The translations under genes were made by a program, and so were the position numbers. A stretch of 64,000 nucleotides of DNA from a virus (taxonomy: Duplodnaviria > Heunggongvirae > Uroviricota > Caudoviricetes), in the IMG/VR virus record IMGVR_UViG_3300021400_002728, positions 197,154 to 261,153 of that record. One strand, given 5' to 3'. A model generated the notes under the pieces. That model was not told the origin of the DNA. It saw only the letters and a program-made list of their open reading frames with translations, and ran no database searches. Position 1 is the stretch's first letter; each line of letters opens with the position of its first letter. Below, piece after piece: positions 37,731 through 46,985 of the stretch.

Positions 37731-38114
37731 TTAACCTCTTTGATCAAATTCCCAACCTTTTCTATCATCATACCAGAAAGTGAGGAAAGTACAACCGTTA
37801 GATCCACCAGATGGATGAGTATATCTAAAACTTGCAGTTCCACAATAATGAGGTATAGATTCTTCTCCATCATCTGATTTACAGTATACTTCAGAGTTAA
37901 AATTAGCAATATAGATTTCTTTAAACATAAGCTTTAAGAATCCAACCTGATCAGCTAAATCTTGAGATTCAAAATCAATAATTATAATACCTCTAGATTC
38001 TTTTACTTTCTTAGTAAATTTAAGATCAGTTAGACCAGTAAGTCTTCTAAGTTCTGAATATAACTCCTCCATAGGAATATTTTCTGCCCATTCTAATAAT
38101 TTATCCTGATCCAT
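37731..38114 (-). CDS. hypothetical protein
   Basis: ORF with AGGAGG RBS. Confidence 0.75.
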   Translation of the reverse strand: MDQDKLLEWAENIPMEELYSELRRLTGLTDLKFTKKVKESRGIIIIDFESQDLADQVGFLKLMFKEIYIANFNSEVYCKSDDGEESIPHYCGTASFRYTHPSGGSNGCTFLTFWYDDRKGWEFDQRG

Positions 38115-38179
38115 ATTTATGCCTCCTTATAAATAAATGGAAGTCCAACATTAGACCTCCATTATAAATAAATAGTTTA

Positions 38180-38512
38180 TTAGTCTTTAATATAACAATA
38201 TTCGACTTTCCATCCATCTTTACCACCATGCTCAAGTTCCATATATCCCTCAAGACGAACACAAGGATCTGTACCGTCGAGACAAGATGCATAGATAGAA
38301 TAACCACCCATACCATCGAGAAAAGCTTTATTGTCACTAGAAACAATATAGCTTCTTGATTCTTCTGAATACTCCTTGTTAAAGCTATCTTGAGTAAATA
38401 CGACAACTACATGAGCTGTTTCCTTACAGATGCTATTACCGCATTTGTAACCATGCTGTCTATTGAATTCTCTCAAGTATTCTTTTGCTTCATACCAATT
38501 GATTCTTTCCAT
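38180..38512 (-). CDS. hypothetical protein
   Basis: ORF coupled to upstream gene. Confidence 0.75.
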   Translation of the reverse strand: MERINWYEAKEYLREFNRQHGYKCGNSICKETAHVVVVFTQDSFNKEYSEESRSYIVSSDNKAFLDGMGGYSIYASCLDGTDPCVRLEGYMELEHGGKDGWKVEYCYIKD

Positions 38513-38514
38513 GC

Positions 38515-39012
38515 TTAATTTCCTTTCTCAATAGTATCGTAAATATTATGATCGTATTTATCTTCATCTGGACAATCATCATCATTATCATTGCCAGTTT
38601 CAACAAAAGAATCATTTCCAAATAAGAATCTATCAAGAAGATTTTCATTAGCAAAAAGATCATCTAAAGGAATTTCTCCACAATGGTCAATATAACCATC
38701 ATTATTTTCAGCATACTCATATTCTTTACCATTCCATTCAGACTTTACCCAGTTAATTTCCGGTGCATGAATTTCTTCTACACCTTTTCTTTTAAGATAT
38801 TCAAAAAACTTATCAAGTTCTTCTCGTCCATTATCTAAGCATGCCTGATAAAAATAGTTTAACGTATCATATTCAGTATCTGCGCTCCATCCATACTCTC
38901 CACCTGAAAGAAATACTTTATGTGGTATACTGATAGAAGTATCTTTTGGAATTACTAATACATGTACACTAGAACTATTAGTTTCAAACATGCTCTGTCT
39001 AATTTCAATCAT
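38515..39012 (-). CDS. FETNSSS-motif family protein 6
   Basis: MIEIRQSMFETNSSSVHVL..GEYGW..GYIDH..FLF..S..TGNDN. Confidence 0.85.
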   Translation of the reverse strand: MIEIRQSMFETNSSSVHVLVIPKDTSISIPHKVFLSGGEYGWSADTEYDTLNYFYQACLDNGREELDKFFEYLKRKGVEEIHAPEINWVKSEWNGKEYEYAENNDGYIDHCGEIPLDDLFANENLLDRFLFGNDSFVETGNDNDDDCPDEDKYDHNIYDTIEKGN

Positions 39013-39328
39013 TGCTATCTTCCTCCATAGTATCTACGTAGATATTGCTAATTTTGCAGTAATAATTTAAGTCTTTTATAAGATCATTGACATTATCTAC
39101 AACTTCTTCATATGTTAGATCATAATCTTCAAAATATTGTAAGTTATCTGCCTCTCTTTCAATATCATCAAGATTATTTGCTAAATCAATTTCGTCATAC
39201 TCCTCAGGAAACTGTTCTCGAATTTCTCTCCAACATTTCTCAAGTATAGAAAGTACTTTTTCTACTTCGAGTTCCTCAGCTGCATTCTTTAATGCTTTTC
39301 CATTTTTTAAGGAATATCTATATGTCAT
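39005..39328 (-). CDS. hypothetical protein
   Basis: ORF with AGGAG RBS. Confidence 0.7.
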   Translation of the reverse strand: MTYRYSLKNGKALKNAAEELEVEKVLSILEKCWREIREQFPEEYDEIDLANNLDDIEREADNLQYFEDYDLTYEEVVDNVNDLIKDLNYYCKISNIYVDTMEEDSND

Positions 39329-39343
39329 TAGTATTCTCTCCTC

Positions 39344-39718
39344 TTAAAGTGAATTTCTAAAATTAACCATTTCTTTTTTTAAGTAATAATTATGAAAATC
39401 TTCATCTATGACTTGACCACCGAGAAATAGATGATTATTTTTTGTTTCAATATGTCTTACTATACAATTAGTCATAATGACGAATTTCTCAGATGAATTT
39501 GAATAATAAACCTCATCACAAAATACAATTTTCACTTCATCATTTAATTCAATTGATAATTGTGATATGTCTATGTCGGAATCTATTGTAATGCCTATCC
39601 CTAACTCTGAAATATCATGTACATAACCAGTAACCTCAAAATTTACACCATCTATATACAGTAATATAGGTACATCAACAATAGACAGACGAGTATAATT
39701 TCGTCTATCGTTAATCAT
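39344..39718 (-). CDS. PilZ-domain protein (putative c-di-GMP receptor)
   Basis: RxxxR (RRNYTR) and DxSxxG (DISELG) motifs, then VRH. Confidence 0.8.
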   Translation of the reverse strand: MINDRRNYTRLSIVDVPILLYIDGVNFEVTGYVHDISELGIGITIDSDIDISQLSIELNDEVKIVFCDEVYYSNSSEKFVIMTNCIVRHIETKNNHLFLGGQVIDEDFHNYYLKKEMVNFRNSL

Positions 39719-39743
39719 AATTTACTCCCTCTTTTTAATATTA

Positions 39744-39932
39744 TTAGCTTTCCTGATCCCAAGGCTCGAAGTCTTTTCTGCATAAATTATCCTGAATAAT
39801 ACCAGTTTCATCATTCTCTGCAATGAAATAATCACAATTTAACTGACTAGGTCCAAGATAAGTAAAGAACTTATAAGGCTTAGTCTTAGTCTGAACAGTT
39901 TCTCCGCGCTTGATGTTAGAATCAGTAATCAT
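39744..39932 (-). CDS. hypothetical protein
   Basis: ATGA overlap with upstream gene, AGGAG RBS. Confidence 0.7.
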   Translation of the reverse strand: MITDSNIKRGETVQTKTKPYKFFTYLGPSQLNCDYFIAENDETGIIQDNLCRKDFEPWDQES

Positions 39933-40504
39933 TGTATTCTCCTTTGTATGCTATCAAACATTATATTGACAAAATCTAATGTAGGACTTGCTAATATAGA
40001 TTTATCATACTTATATATAATATTATTGTCTATACTTCTAATATTGCCTGCAATTATTATTCGATCATAACCTTCTTTAGAAAAATCATAACCTTGAAGT
40101 GTTAACCCAATTAGTTCTGCTGAAAATCTAGTATATTCTTCATCAGGAAAATTGTCAATCACTACTGGTAAATCAGTTATTTCATCTCTAAATGTTGCAG
40201 TCTCATTTACAATATCAATATATGTAGTAGTGATATTCAAATTGATCATATAAATTGAACTTATACAATCAGCGTAAATAGCAGAACTATCGTGTACAAA
40301 ATGACCACTTAAACATATGGCACTGGGAAAGAAACTATCATTTGTATATTGTTTCATAGTCTGTACACATATATTATATTGTGCTGGATCTAATAACACA
40401 GGTAAATTTGAACATATATCAGTAAATCTATGTAATATCTGTCCATTTGTTGGATTATAAATCATAGACATACGACAGATTGTAAATATGTCATTAACTG
40501 TCAT
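39929..40504 (-). CDS. hypothetical protein
   Basis: ORF with AGGAG RBS. Confidence 0.75.
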   Translation of the reverse strand: MTVNDIFTICRMSMIYNPTNGQILHRFTDICSNLPVLLDPAQYNICVQTMKQYTNDSFFPSAICLSGHFVHDSSAIYADCISSIYMINLNITTTYIDIVNETATFRDEITDLPVVIDNFPDEEYTRFSAELIGLTLQGYDFSKEGYDRIIIAGNIRSIDNNIIYKYDKSILASPTLDFVNIMFDSIQRRIQ

Positions 40505-40514
40505 TATATCTCCT

Positions 40515-41039
40515 TTAATTTACCCAAATATTATCAAACAACTGACTAGTATCAACTTCTGTGTCAATTGCAAAATCTACATATACGGGTACATGTTTAT
40601 TATTAATAGGACTGATTCTCATGTAAAGAGATCCATCCTTATAGATAAGCTCTTCATTAATTGGATATTTGATCTGCTTAAGAATGTCATTAAGCTCCTT
40701 AATGTATATAACTAGCTGTTCTTCTAAGAAGCGAATAAACTGAGCGTCTTCAGCTAATCCATCATACCAATCATCTTCATTAAAATTATCTCTAGAGTCA
40801 TTGATTTTTACACGAATTTCAAACTTACCATCCCTATCATCCAGCGGCTGATCTATATACAAAATAATTTTAAGATCACCAAACTTATTTGACTTATAGT
40901 TAAGTTTCTTTTCTAGATCATTAGTAAGCTTATATATGGTATCATTAAGGTATTCAATATATTCGTCCCAATTATCAATGTCACTTGTATCTGTTGATAA
41001 TATAGTAGCAAACTTAACCTCAGATCTAATTTCGTGCAT
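40515..41039 (-). CDS. hypothetical protein
   Basis: ORF with GGAGG RBS; weak similarity to 50962-51480. Confidence 0.75.
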   Translation of the reverse strand: MHEIRSEVKFATILSTDTSDIDNWDEYIEYLNDTIYKLTNDLEKKLNYKSNKFGDLKIILYIDQPLDDRDGKFEIRVKINDSRDNFNEDDWYDGLAEDAQFIRFLEEQLVIYIKELNDILKQIKYPINEELIYKDGSLYMRISPINNKHVPVYVDFAIDTEVDTSQLFDNIWVN

Positions 41040-41066
41040 AAAATCATACCTCCGTCATTTTTATTT

Positions 41067-41100
41067 ATTATAACATGACTAAATTAATTTGTAAATAGTT
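41067..41100 (-). promoter_or_regulatory. sigmaA-type promoter
   Basis: AACTA-TTTACA-N17-TATAAT with TG. Confidence 0.8.
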
Positions 41101-41299
41101 TATTATACAGTCTTTTAACTGCATCGATATCCAATCTACCAAAATCTAAGTCTCCGTATTCTTCATCTCCAATATTATTCGCAGCTACAATAAGTTTCAT
41201 GCACACCTCACGTCCACATGCTTTCATTGTTCCATCTTCATTAAATACATCATTGTAAGCTGCTTCAAATAGCGCTAAATTTAATTCTGTTTGATTCAT
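41084..41299 (-). CDS. hypothetical protein
   Basis: ORF with AAGGA RBS. Confidence 0.7.
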   Translation of the reverse strand: MNQTELNLALFEAAYNDVFNEDGTMKACGREVCMKLIVAANNIGDEEYGDLDFGRLDIDAVKRLYNKLFTN

Positions 41300-41320
41300 T
41301 TTTCTAACTTCCTTTCTAAT

Positions 41321-41358
41321 AAAAAATTTGTGGCTACAGCTATAAAAACCGTAGCCAC
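41321..41358 (-). terminator. intrinsic terminator after the Hint gene
   Basis: GTGGCTAC..GTAGCCAC stem followed by AAATTTTTT. Confidence 0.7.
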
Positions 41359-41379
41359 GGTTTATAACACAAAAACCTC

Positions 41380-41736
41380 TTATTGCGTATATATAGCAAA
41401 TTGATGATCTGGTGCATCAGTGGTTATACACATTACAACTTCAGGATCTATCTTCTTAATAGATTTGATGATAGGTCCATCTTTAGTTCCAACGGGTCGT
41501 CCTTTATACCAGTCAAACTCTTGGTAAATGCCTTCAGCATCTATCGTATACATTTTATCATTTATGTATACGTTCCATTGATGTACATTAGAACATTTAA
41601 CTTTTCCATTGCTAAAAGTTATTTCATACATATTGTAGGATAACTTAGCTTTAGTCTTTTCAATGACTTTGTGAAATTCGCCATCAGTTCCTAAGACTAA
41701 ATCACCTACTTGAACATCTGCGATAGTCTTCTTCAT
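41380..41736 (-). CDS. free-standing Hint/intein middle fragment (class-3-like), lacking both splice junctions
   Basis: KTIADVQVGDLVLGTDG..KV (end of block A/N2), VKCSNVHQW (block B H-x-W), VMCITTDAPDHQF (block F with Cys); own RBS and terminator. Confidence 0.8.
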   Translation of the reverse strand: MKKTIADVQVGDLVLGTDGEFHKVIEKTKAKLSYNMYEITFSNGKVKCSNVHQWNVYINDKMYTIDAEGIYQEFDWYKGRPVGTKDGPIIKSIKKIDPEVVMCITTDAPDHQFAIYTQ

Positions 41737-41763
41737 TGAATAATTTCCTTTCCTTAAAATACA

Positions 41764-42135
41764 TTATTTATCTGAGATCTGAGATACTACTTCAGCGGGT
41801 ACAATATGATTTAATAGAAGATTAAGATCAACCATTACATCAACTAAGTATTCAATCTCATTAGGATCATAAAATTTATTAAATCTAATAGTATCGGTTA
41901 AAATTCTGATTTTATTAAGAAATACCTCTACATCGAGTCTATTTAGATATTGTTCTATCTTATCTACTAATTTTTCATCATTATACTTTAATAATTCTTG
42001 TATCAATAATTGAGTAAGATAATCATTTTTATCTAATACTCTTTTTATATAAATAGTTATTTCTTCTTCTAAATTGTTATAATTGAATTTTAACGCTTCC
42101 ATTGGATATAATTTGAGGGGTATAACAATTTTCAT
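41764..42135 (-). CDS. hypothetical protein
   Basis: ORF with AAGGA RBS. Confidence 0.7.
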   Translation of the reverse strand: MKIVIPLKLYPMEALKFNYNNLEEEITIYIKRVLDKNDYLTQLLIQELLKYNDEKLVDKIEQYLNRLDVEVFLNKIRILTDTIRFNKFYDPNEIEYLVDVMVDLNLLLNHIVPAEVVSQISDK

Positions 42136-42145
42136 AGTAAATTCC

Positions 42146-42454
42146 TTATTCAGCTATCTCACCTGTTATAAATACAAATTTGTCTTCTGAAATATAAGCA
42201 GTTCCAATTGATTCGACTTCATCATCTTCTACATCAAATATAGATGGTTTGTTGTTTTTAGCCATTACATCTGCAATATCGTCCCAGTCAAAGATTTCAT
42301 ATTTCTGTCCCGGATTCAAACTTTCATTTTCTTTAAGTCTTATATTGTATTCAGGACGTCCTATTGTCTCGAATGCTTTACTAACTGAATCGTAACTATT
42401 ATCTGCAACTTCAACTACACTAGTAATATATTTGGTTTCAATTACAAGCAACAT
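42146..42454 (-). CDS. hypothetical protein
   Basis: ORF with GAGGAGG RBS. Confidence 0.7.
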   Translation of the reverse strand: MLLVIETKYITSVVEVADNSYDSVSKAFETIGRPEYNIRLKENESLNPGQKYEIFDWDDIADVMAKNNKPSIFDVEDDEVESIGTAYISEDKFVFITGEIAE

Positions 42455-42599
42455 GATATTATCCTCCTCTATTCATTATAAATGTCATCTTCATCATAAG
42501 ACTCATCATCTTCGTCAAACCAATATGGTTTGATCTTCCATTTTGTTTTATCAACTAAAGTAAATGCTAGTTTCATATTTAACCTCATTATATTCTTTA

Positions 42600-44918
42600 T
42601 TATGCATCGAATAATTTAGATAATATATTATTAGGTTGTATATATGTTTTTACAAAATCTTTGCAATCATCTTCAGTCATAGACTCTCCAGAAAATACAA
42701 ATGTTCCAGCACCTATAGTTATTTTATCTATATTATACTTATTGACTAAATCAACTAAAATATCAGATGTAAATGGTTTCTCTTCATTAGCCCAACTTTT
42801 TTCATAACTAGCATTATATCCATATCTATAACATGCTCTAAAAATTTTTGTTGGTTTTGGTTCATTATCATTATTCTCATAAATTTCTACATCAAAACCA
42901 TCTGCACTAATTCCAGATTCTGTTCGTATGAAAAGTATATTATTAAATTTTATATTTTTAGCTTCAATTTGTTTACGAATATCAGCTGGACAATTAGGAT
43001 TTTTTGCAATATAATTATAATAAGATTCATCACAAATATTATATATATTCGTAAGTAACTCGCTATCAATTCTATCACTGCTAATAACCTCTTTAATTTT
43101 AGTAGCAATTTTTAATAGTGTTTGTACTGGACAATTAGGATTAGACGCTACTGCTGATTGTACTGTAGAATCTTCATCTTCGGCTAATTCATTAAGAATA
43201 GTAGCTGGACACAATTTATGACTAGCTGCAAAAGCTCTAAGGGACCAATGTTTACATTTAGATAGCTGACTAATATTATCTTCAGTTAATTCTTTATTTT
43301 TAAGTGATTCTATAATGTTATTAGCATAATTAACCCTCTCACAATCTATAGCATGGTCTATTAGAAATTCTAAAGAGCAATTGGGTAAACTAAATAAATA
43401 TTCTTGTATTTTATAATTGCTTAGATCATATAATTGCTTAATTTGCTCAGTAGTTAAATCTAAAGCTTTTAATTTATCAAGTATAACTTTACATGTAAAA
43501 TCTTGTATACCATAAGGTGTATTGTTTAATACTGTACATATTGTAGTAACTGTACAATTTTTATGATTTATTACTGCTTCAAGTATATCAAATGCAAACT
43601 TATCTCCAATTTTATATAAGATTGATTTGTTAGTTAATTGTGCAAAATTTTGTTCTGTTAAACTCATTTTAGCTAACTTTTTTAATGCTTCTTTTGACCT
43701 TGTATTTTGAATTAAAAGAATTAAGTTATCTACTGAATCAATATTTTTAACTATTTTTGTTATATCATCTTCATCTACATATTCAAAATTTGATAGCGCA
43801 TATATATCTATTGTATCTTTAAATCTATTTTCTAATAATTCATATACAGTTTTATTTAGATTTATTACTTTAGGTACTACTTCAACAGGAAAATTTTTAT
43901 GATTTATAATATATGATAATCTACGTTCATCATCTAAATTTTTTTGTATAAATATTTCAAATATTTCTGAAGTACAATTGTCTAAATCAAGTATAAAACT
44001 GCCATTATAAGTTTCACATATATCTGTCTCTTGTACTAAACGCATTAACTGTTGTGTAGTTAAATTACGCTTTTTTAAACCCTCTATTACCTCATTTTCA
44101 TGCATATATGAAACAAGACGTGACATAGAAACATTAATTATAGTATCAAGTGAACAATTTTTATGCGCTAATATTTGTTCTTTAATTCTAATATCATCAT
44201 TAAGTAATAAATTATCAATAAATTCAGATGTTATAACATCAGGAAAACGTTCATTAAGTTCATTCCAAGCATTTGTTGGATTTTTTACCCAAGATATATT
44301 ATTTATATAATTTACTAAAGTATTTACAGTTACTAACTTATGTTTTATTACTTTATCACAAATTTCGTCGTTATCACCAGTTTGTGCTGAAATATGCTCT
44401 AATACAGCTGAAGTACAATTTTTATGCTCTACTGCAAATAAACAGCTAGCCTTAGAATAATTAGTTATTTGTAGTATAGATAATAGTTGTTCTTCATTTA
44501 AGTCGTGTTTTAGTAAAACATCAAAAATTTGTTGACGAAGTCTATAGGATTTTTTCATAATATCAATAGCAATATTAGTTGAACAAAGTTTATTTTGAAC
44601 AATTGCTAATAAAATTGTTTCGTCTTTATCTGTATTATTTGATATTTTATTTAATATTTCCAGTGTACATGACTTGTGATTAACTACTAAAAGTTTATTT
44701 GAATCTAATTTTGATTCTGCTAATTCTTCTAATATATTTGATATATCATAAGTAGTAAAATCGGCATTATCAATAATATATTTTCTATTATCTTTAGTTA
44801 AATTAGGATTATCAAATAGGGTTAACAATAATTCATTATTAGAAAAATCTAATATCATTTGAATAGTACTAGTATTATTTGTAGTTTTAGCTAGTTGTAA
44901 AATTTCTTCTTTAGTCAT
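42600..44918 (-). CDS. large helical-repeat (leucine-rich-variant-like) protein
   Basis: recurrent 'HKNCT/NPNCP..L..L' repeats over 650 aa plus a distinct C-terminal domain. Confidence 0.8.
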   Translation of the reverse strand: MTKEEILQLAKTTNNTSTIQMILDFSNNELLLTLFDNPNLTKDNRKYIIDNADFTTYDISNILEELAESKLDSNKLLVVNHKSCTLEILNKISNNTDKDETILLAIVQNKLCSTNIAIDIMKKSYRLRQQIFDVLLKHDLNEEQLLSILQITNYSKASCLFAVEHKNCTSAVLEHISAQTGDNDEICDKVIKHKLVTVNTLVNYINNISWVKNPTNAWNELNERFPDVITSEFIDNLLLNDDIRIKEQILAHKNCSLDTIINVSMSRLVSYMHENEVIEGLKKRNLTTQQLMRLVQETDICETYNGSFILDLDNCTSEIFEIFIQKNLDDERRLSYIINHKNFPVEVVPKVINLNKTVYELLENRFKDTIDIYALSNFEYVDEDDITKIVKNIDSVDNLILLIQNTRSKEALKKLAKMSLTEQNFAQLTNKSILYKIGDKFAFDILEAVINHKNCTVTTICTVLNNTPYGIQDFTCKVILDKLKALDLTTEQIKQLYDLSNYKIQEYLFSLPNCSLEFLIDHAIDCERVNYANNIIESLKNKELTEDNISQLSKCKHWSLRAFAASHKLCPATILNELAEDEDSTVQSAVASNPNCPVQTLLKIATKIKEVISSDRIDSELLTNIYNICDESYYNYIAKNPNCPADIRKQIEAKNIKFNNILFIRTESGISADGFDVEIYENNDNEPKPTKIFRACYRYGYNASYEKSWANEEKPFTSDILVDLVNKYNIDKITIGAGTFVFSGESMTEDDCKDFVKTYIQPNNILSKLFDA

Positions 44919-44949
44919 GATTAATTTCTCCCTTTATCATCATCTATAC

Positions 44950-45240
44950 TTATTTCTCCAAATACTGTAATAGTGTATCGCATTCAGTAAGATAATGACC
45001 TATATAATCTGGATCATCTTTATCAATTTTACTCATGAGTTCTGACTTAATATTATTTAGCCAATCTCTAATCCAAGAATCATTATGATTAACGAGATCA
45101 GCTTCAATACTTCTAGCATTCTGTTCTAATACTTCGTCATCATCTCCGCCGTTATCAAGAAAATCATAAGTATCAAAAGCTTCAGCTAATTTGATAAGTC
45201 TTTGAGCAAAATCACTATTATTTGCAAGAGTATCGCTCAT
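44950..45240 (-). CDS. hypothetical protein
   Basis: ORF with AGGAG RBS. Confidence 0.7.
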   Translation of the reverse strand: MSDTLANNSDFAQRLIKLAEAFDTYDFLDNGGDDDEVLEQNARSIEADLVNHNDSWIRDWLNNIKSELMSKIDKDDPDYIGHYLTECDTLLQYLEK

Positions 45241-45263
45241 AATAATATCTCCTTCTTAACTAT

Positions 45264-45809
45264 CTACATTATATGTTTTATTCCTACCTTCTTATTAAGC
45301 TCATCTAATAAATCTTCTATACAAGGTATAATTTTATCTAATGGCTCATCATTTTTATATTTTTTATAATTATAATCGTGATAGCCATCTCCAAATGCAG
45401 CTTTCTTAAATGAATACTCAGCATAATTATCACTACAAGATGTCCCATCACCCTTTGAAACCCTTGGAAAATAAAAAGAATAATTTATATTAAGCTTATT
45501 AAAACCATATAAATCTTTTGGATCTTTTTCATCGTCAGGTTCAACATCAAATGAAAAAGTTAATCCTTCATAACTATCATAAGATATTTCATTTATAGTT
45601 ATTTTTAGATAAAACTGTCTATCACCATCAGTCTCATGTTTAGTAGGATAATATAAAAATTTATCTGATAAGTGTTTATCGCATAGTTTACATAGAAAAT
45701 CATCAAACTTATCATCATTATACCAAAATTTTTCAATATCTTCAGTGTAAACATATTCATTCTTATATTCAATGAAATAAAATTCATCTCCATCTTCTAG
45801 GTCATACAT
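45264..45809 (-). CDS. hypothetical protein
   Basis: ORF with AGGAGG RBS. Confidence 0.75.
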   Translation of the reverse strand: MYDLEDGDEFYFIEYKNEYVYTEDIEKFWYNDDKFDDFLCKLCDKHLSDKFLYYPTKHETDGDRQFYLKITINEISYDSYEGLTFSFDVEPDDEKDPKDLYGFNKLNINYSFYFPRVSKGDGTSCSDNYAEYSFKKAAFGDGYHDYNYKKYKNDEPLDKIIPCIEDLLDELNKKVGIKHIM

Positions 45810-45865
45810 ATAATTACCTCCTTAACTACTAAGTATATCAATAAAATTGCCTATAGTAAATTGTC

Positions 45866-46069
45866 TTAATGATTAGGATTATTTACAATAGCAACTAATT
45901 TATTATTGATAATTCTAATATTCTTTACTTCAGTGTTATAATTAGCACGAAGAAAATTAGGTTTAGCTTCATCACTAATCTCACGATCCATATTCATATT
46001 GTAATCAAACCAACTAATAACAAGCTGATCTAAGTTAGCCATTTTATCTGCAAGTTCACCTATAACCAT
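45866..46069 (-). CDS. hypothetical protein
   Basis: ORF; start at MVIGE behind GGAGG. Confidence 0.65.
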   Translation of the reverse strand: MVIGELADKMANLDQLVISWFDYNMNMDREISDEAKPNFLRANYNTEVKNIRIINNKLVAIVNNPNH

Positions 46070-46085
46070 TTTAATGTCCTCCCTT

Positions 46086-46334
46086 TTAATATACAAAATT
46101 TTCATTAATTTGTACATTAAGAACTTGTAATATATCTGGATTATTAGAACTAATACAAGTTCTTATTGCTTGTTTAATTTTATCAGTAGTAATTGCTGGT
46201 GGTAACATTTCAGTAGGAATACATTCATGAAACTTATCTTCAAACTGTTGTTCAAGATTATCGTATTCAGGATCAGTAGACTGAATTGGTATATCAGCAA
46301 TTTTATTCATATATTCTTCTACACTCATTTTCAA
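46086..46334 (-). CDS. hypothetical protein
   Basis: ORF in operon. Confidence 0.65.
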   Translation of the reverse strand: MKMSVEEYMNKIADIPIQSTDPEYDNLEQQFEDKFHECIPTEMLPPAITTDKIKQAIRTCISSNNPDILQVLNVQINENFVY

Positions 46335-46344
46335 TTCCCATTTA

Positions 46345-46779
46345 TCAATCTTCTAATAAATTCTGTTTTCTTAAATATTCTTCAAACTCTTGTTTATTAT
46401 CAAATGTATCTTTATTATTACTAAAGTACAACTCATTAAAAGATTTGATAATAGAATCTAAAGTTTTGCTATTTATAGTAATTTCATTGCCATTTACTAC
46501 TAAAGTGGAAACACTTAAGATAAAATCTACTAAATCATTAACTGAAGTGAGACCATACTCTTCATCAGGATAGATCTTAAATTCATCTGATGATGCACCA
46601 TCTTCATCACTTTCATCTAATACACCTTCAAAATTTGGAAATTCTATATCAAATGGAGTATTAAGAATAGTAACATAAAAAGTAGTAACACCACCCATAG
46701 AATTATAATATTTTATATCACTTATTTTAAAGTTAACTCTGTCTTGTAGTTTATTTTTAAGCTCTTCTAAGACATTCAT
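46345..46779 (-). CDS. hypothetical protein
   Basis: ORF with AGGAG RBS. Confidence 0.75.
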   Translation of the reverse strand: MNVLEELKNKLQDRVNFKISDIKYYNSMGGVTTFYVTILNTPFDIEFPNFEGVLDESDEDGASSDEFKIYPDEEYGLTSVNDLVDFILSVSTLVVNGNEITINSKTLDSIIKSFNELYFSNNKDTFDNKQEFEEYLRKQNLLED

Positions 46780-46790
46780 AATTATTCTCC

Positions 46791-46985
46791 TTATCTATTT
46801 CTACTTGCAGTGTATCTACCACATTCAAATTCTGTTCTAATATAATCACTAGAATCCAAGACTATATCTTCACTATCATATTGTTTCTGTACAATATCAA
46901 TTGCTTGATATTCATTTTCTGCCTCAGCTTCATCAATAAGAACTTCTCTTTCAAGAATTTCTCTAACAATTACTTTGTATTTCAT
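46791..46985 (-). CDS. DpnD/PcfM-like small protein
   Basis: YKVIVREILEREV..AENEYQAIDIVQKQY.SEDIVLDSSDY pattern. Confidence 0.65.
   Translation of the reverse strand: MKYKVIVREILEREVLIDEAEAENEYQAIDIVQKQYDSEDIVLDSSDYIRTEFECGRYTASRNR

Noticed and set aside
41737-41766. In-frame Cys codon upstream of the Hint ORF as intein residue 1
   Set aside because: It is directly preceded by a stop, has no start codon, and the stretch is the RBS region (CILRKGNYS does not resemble block A).
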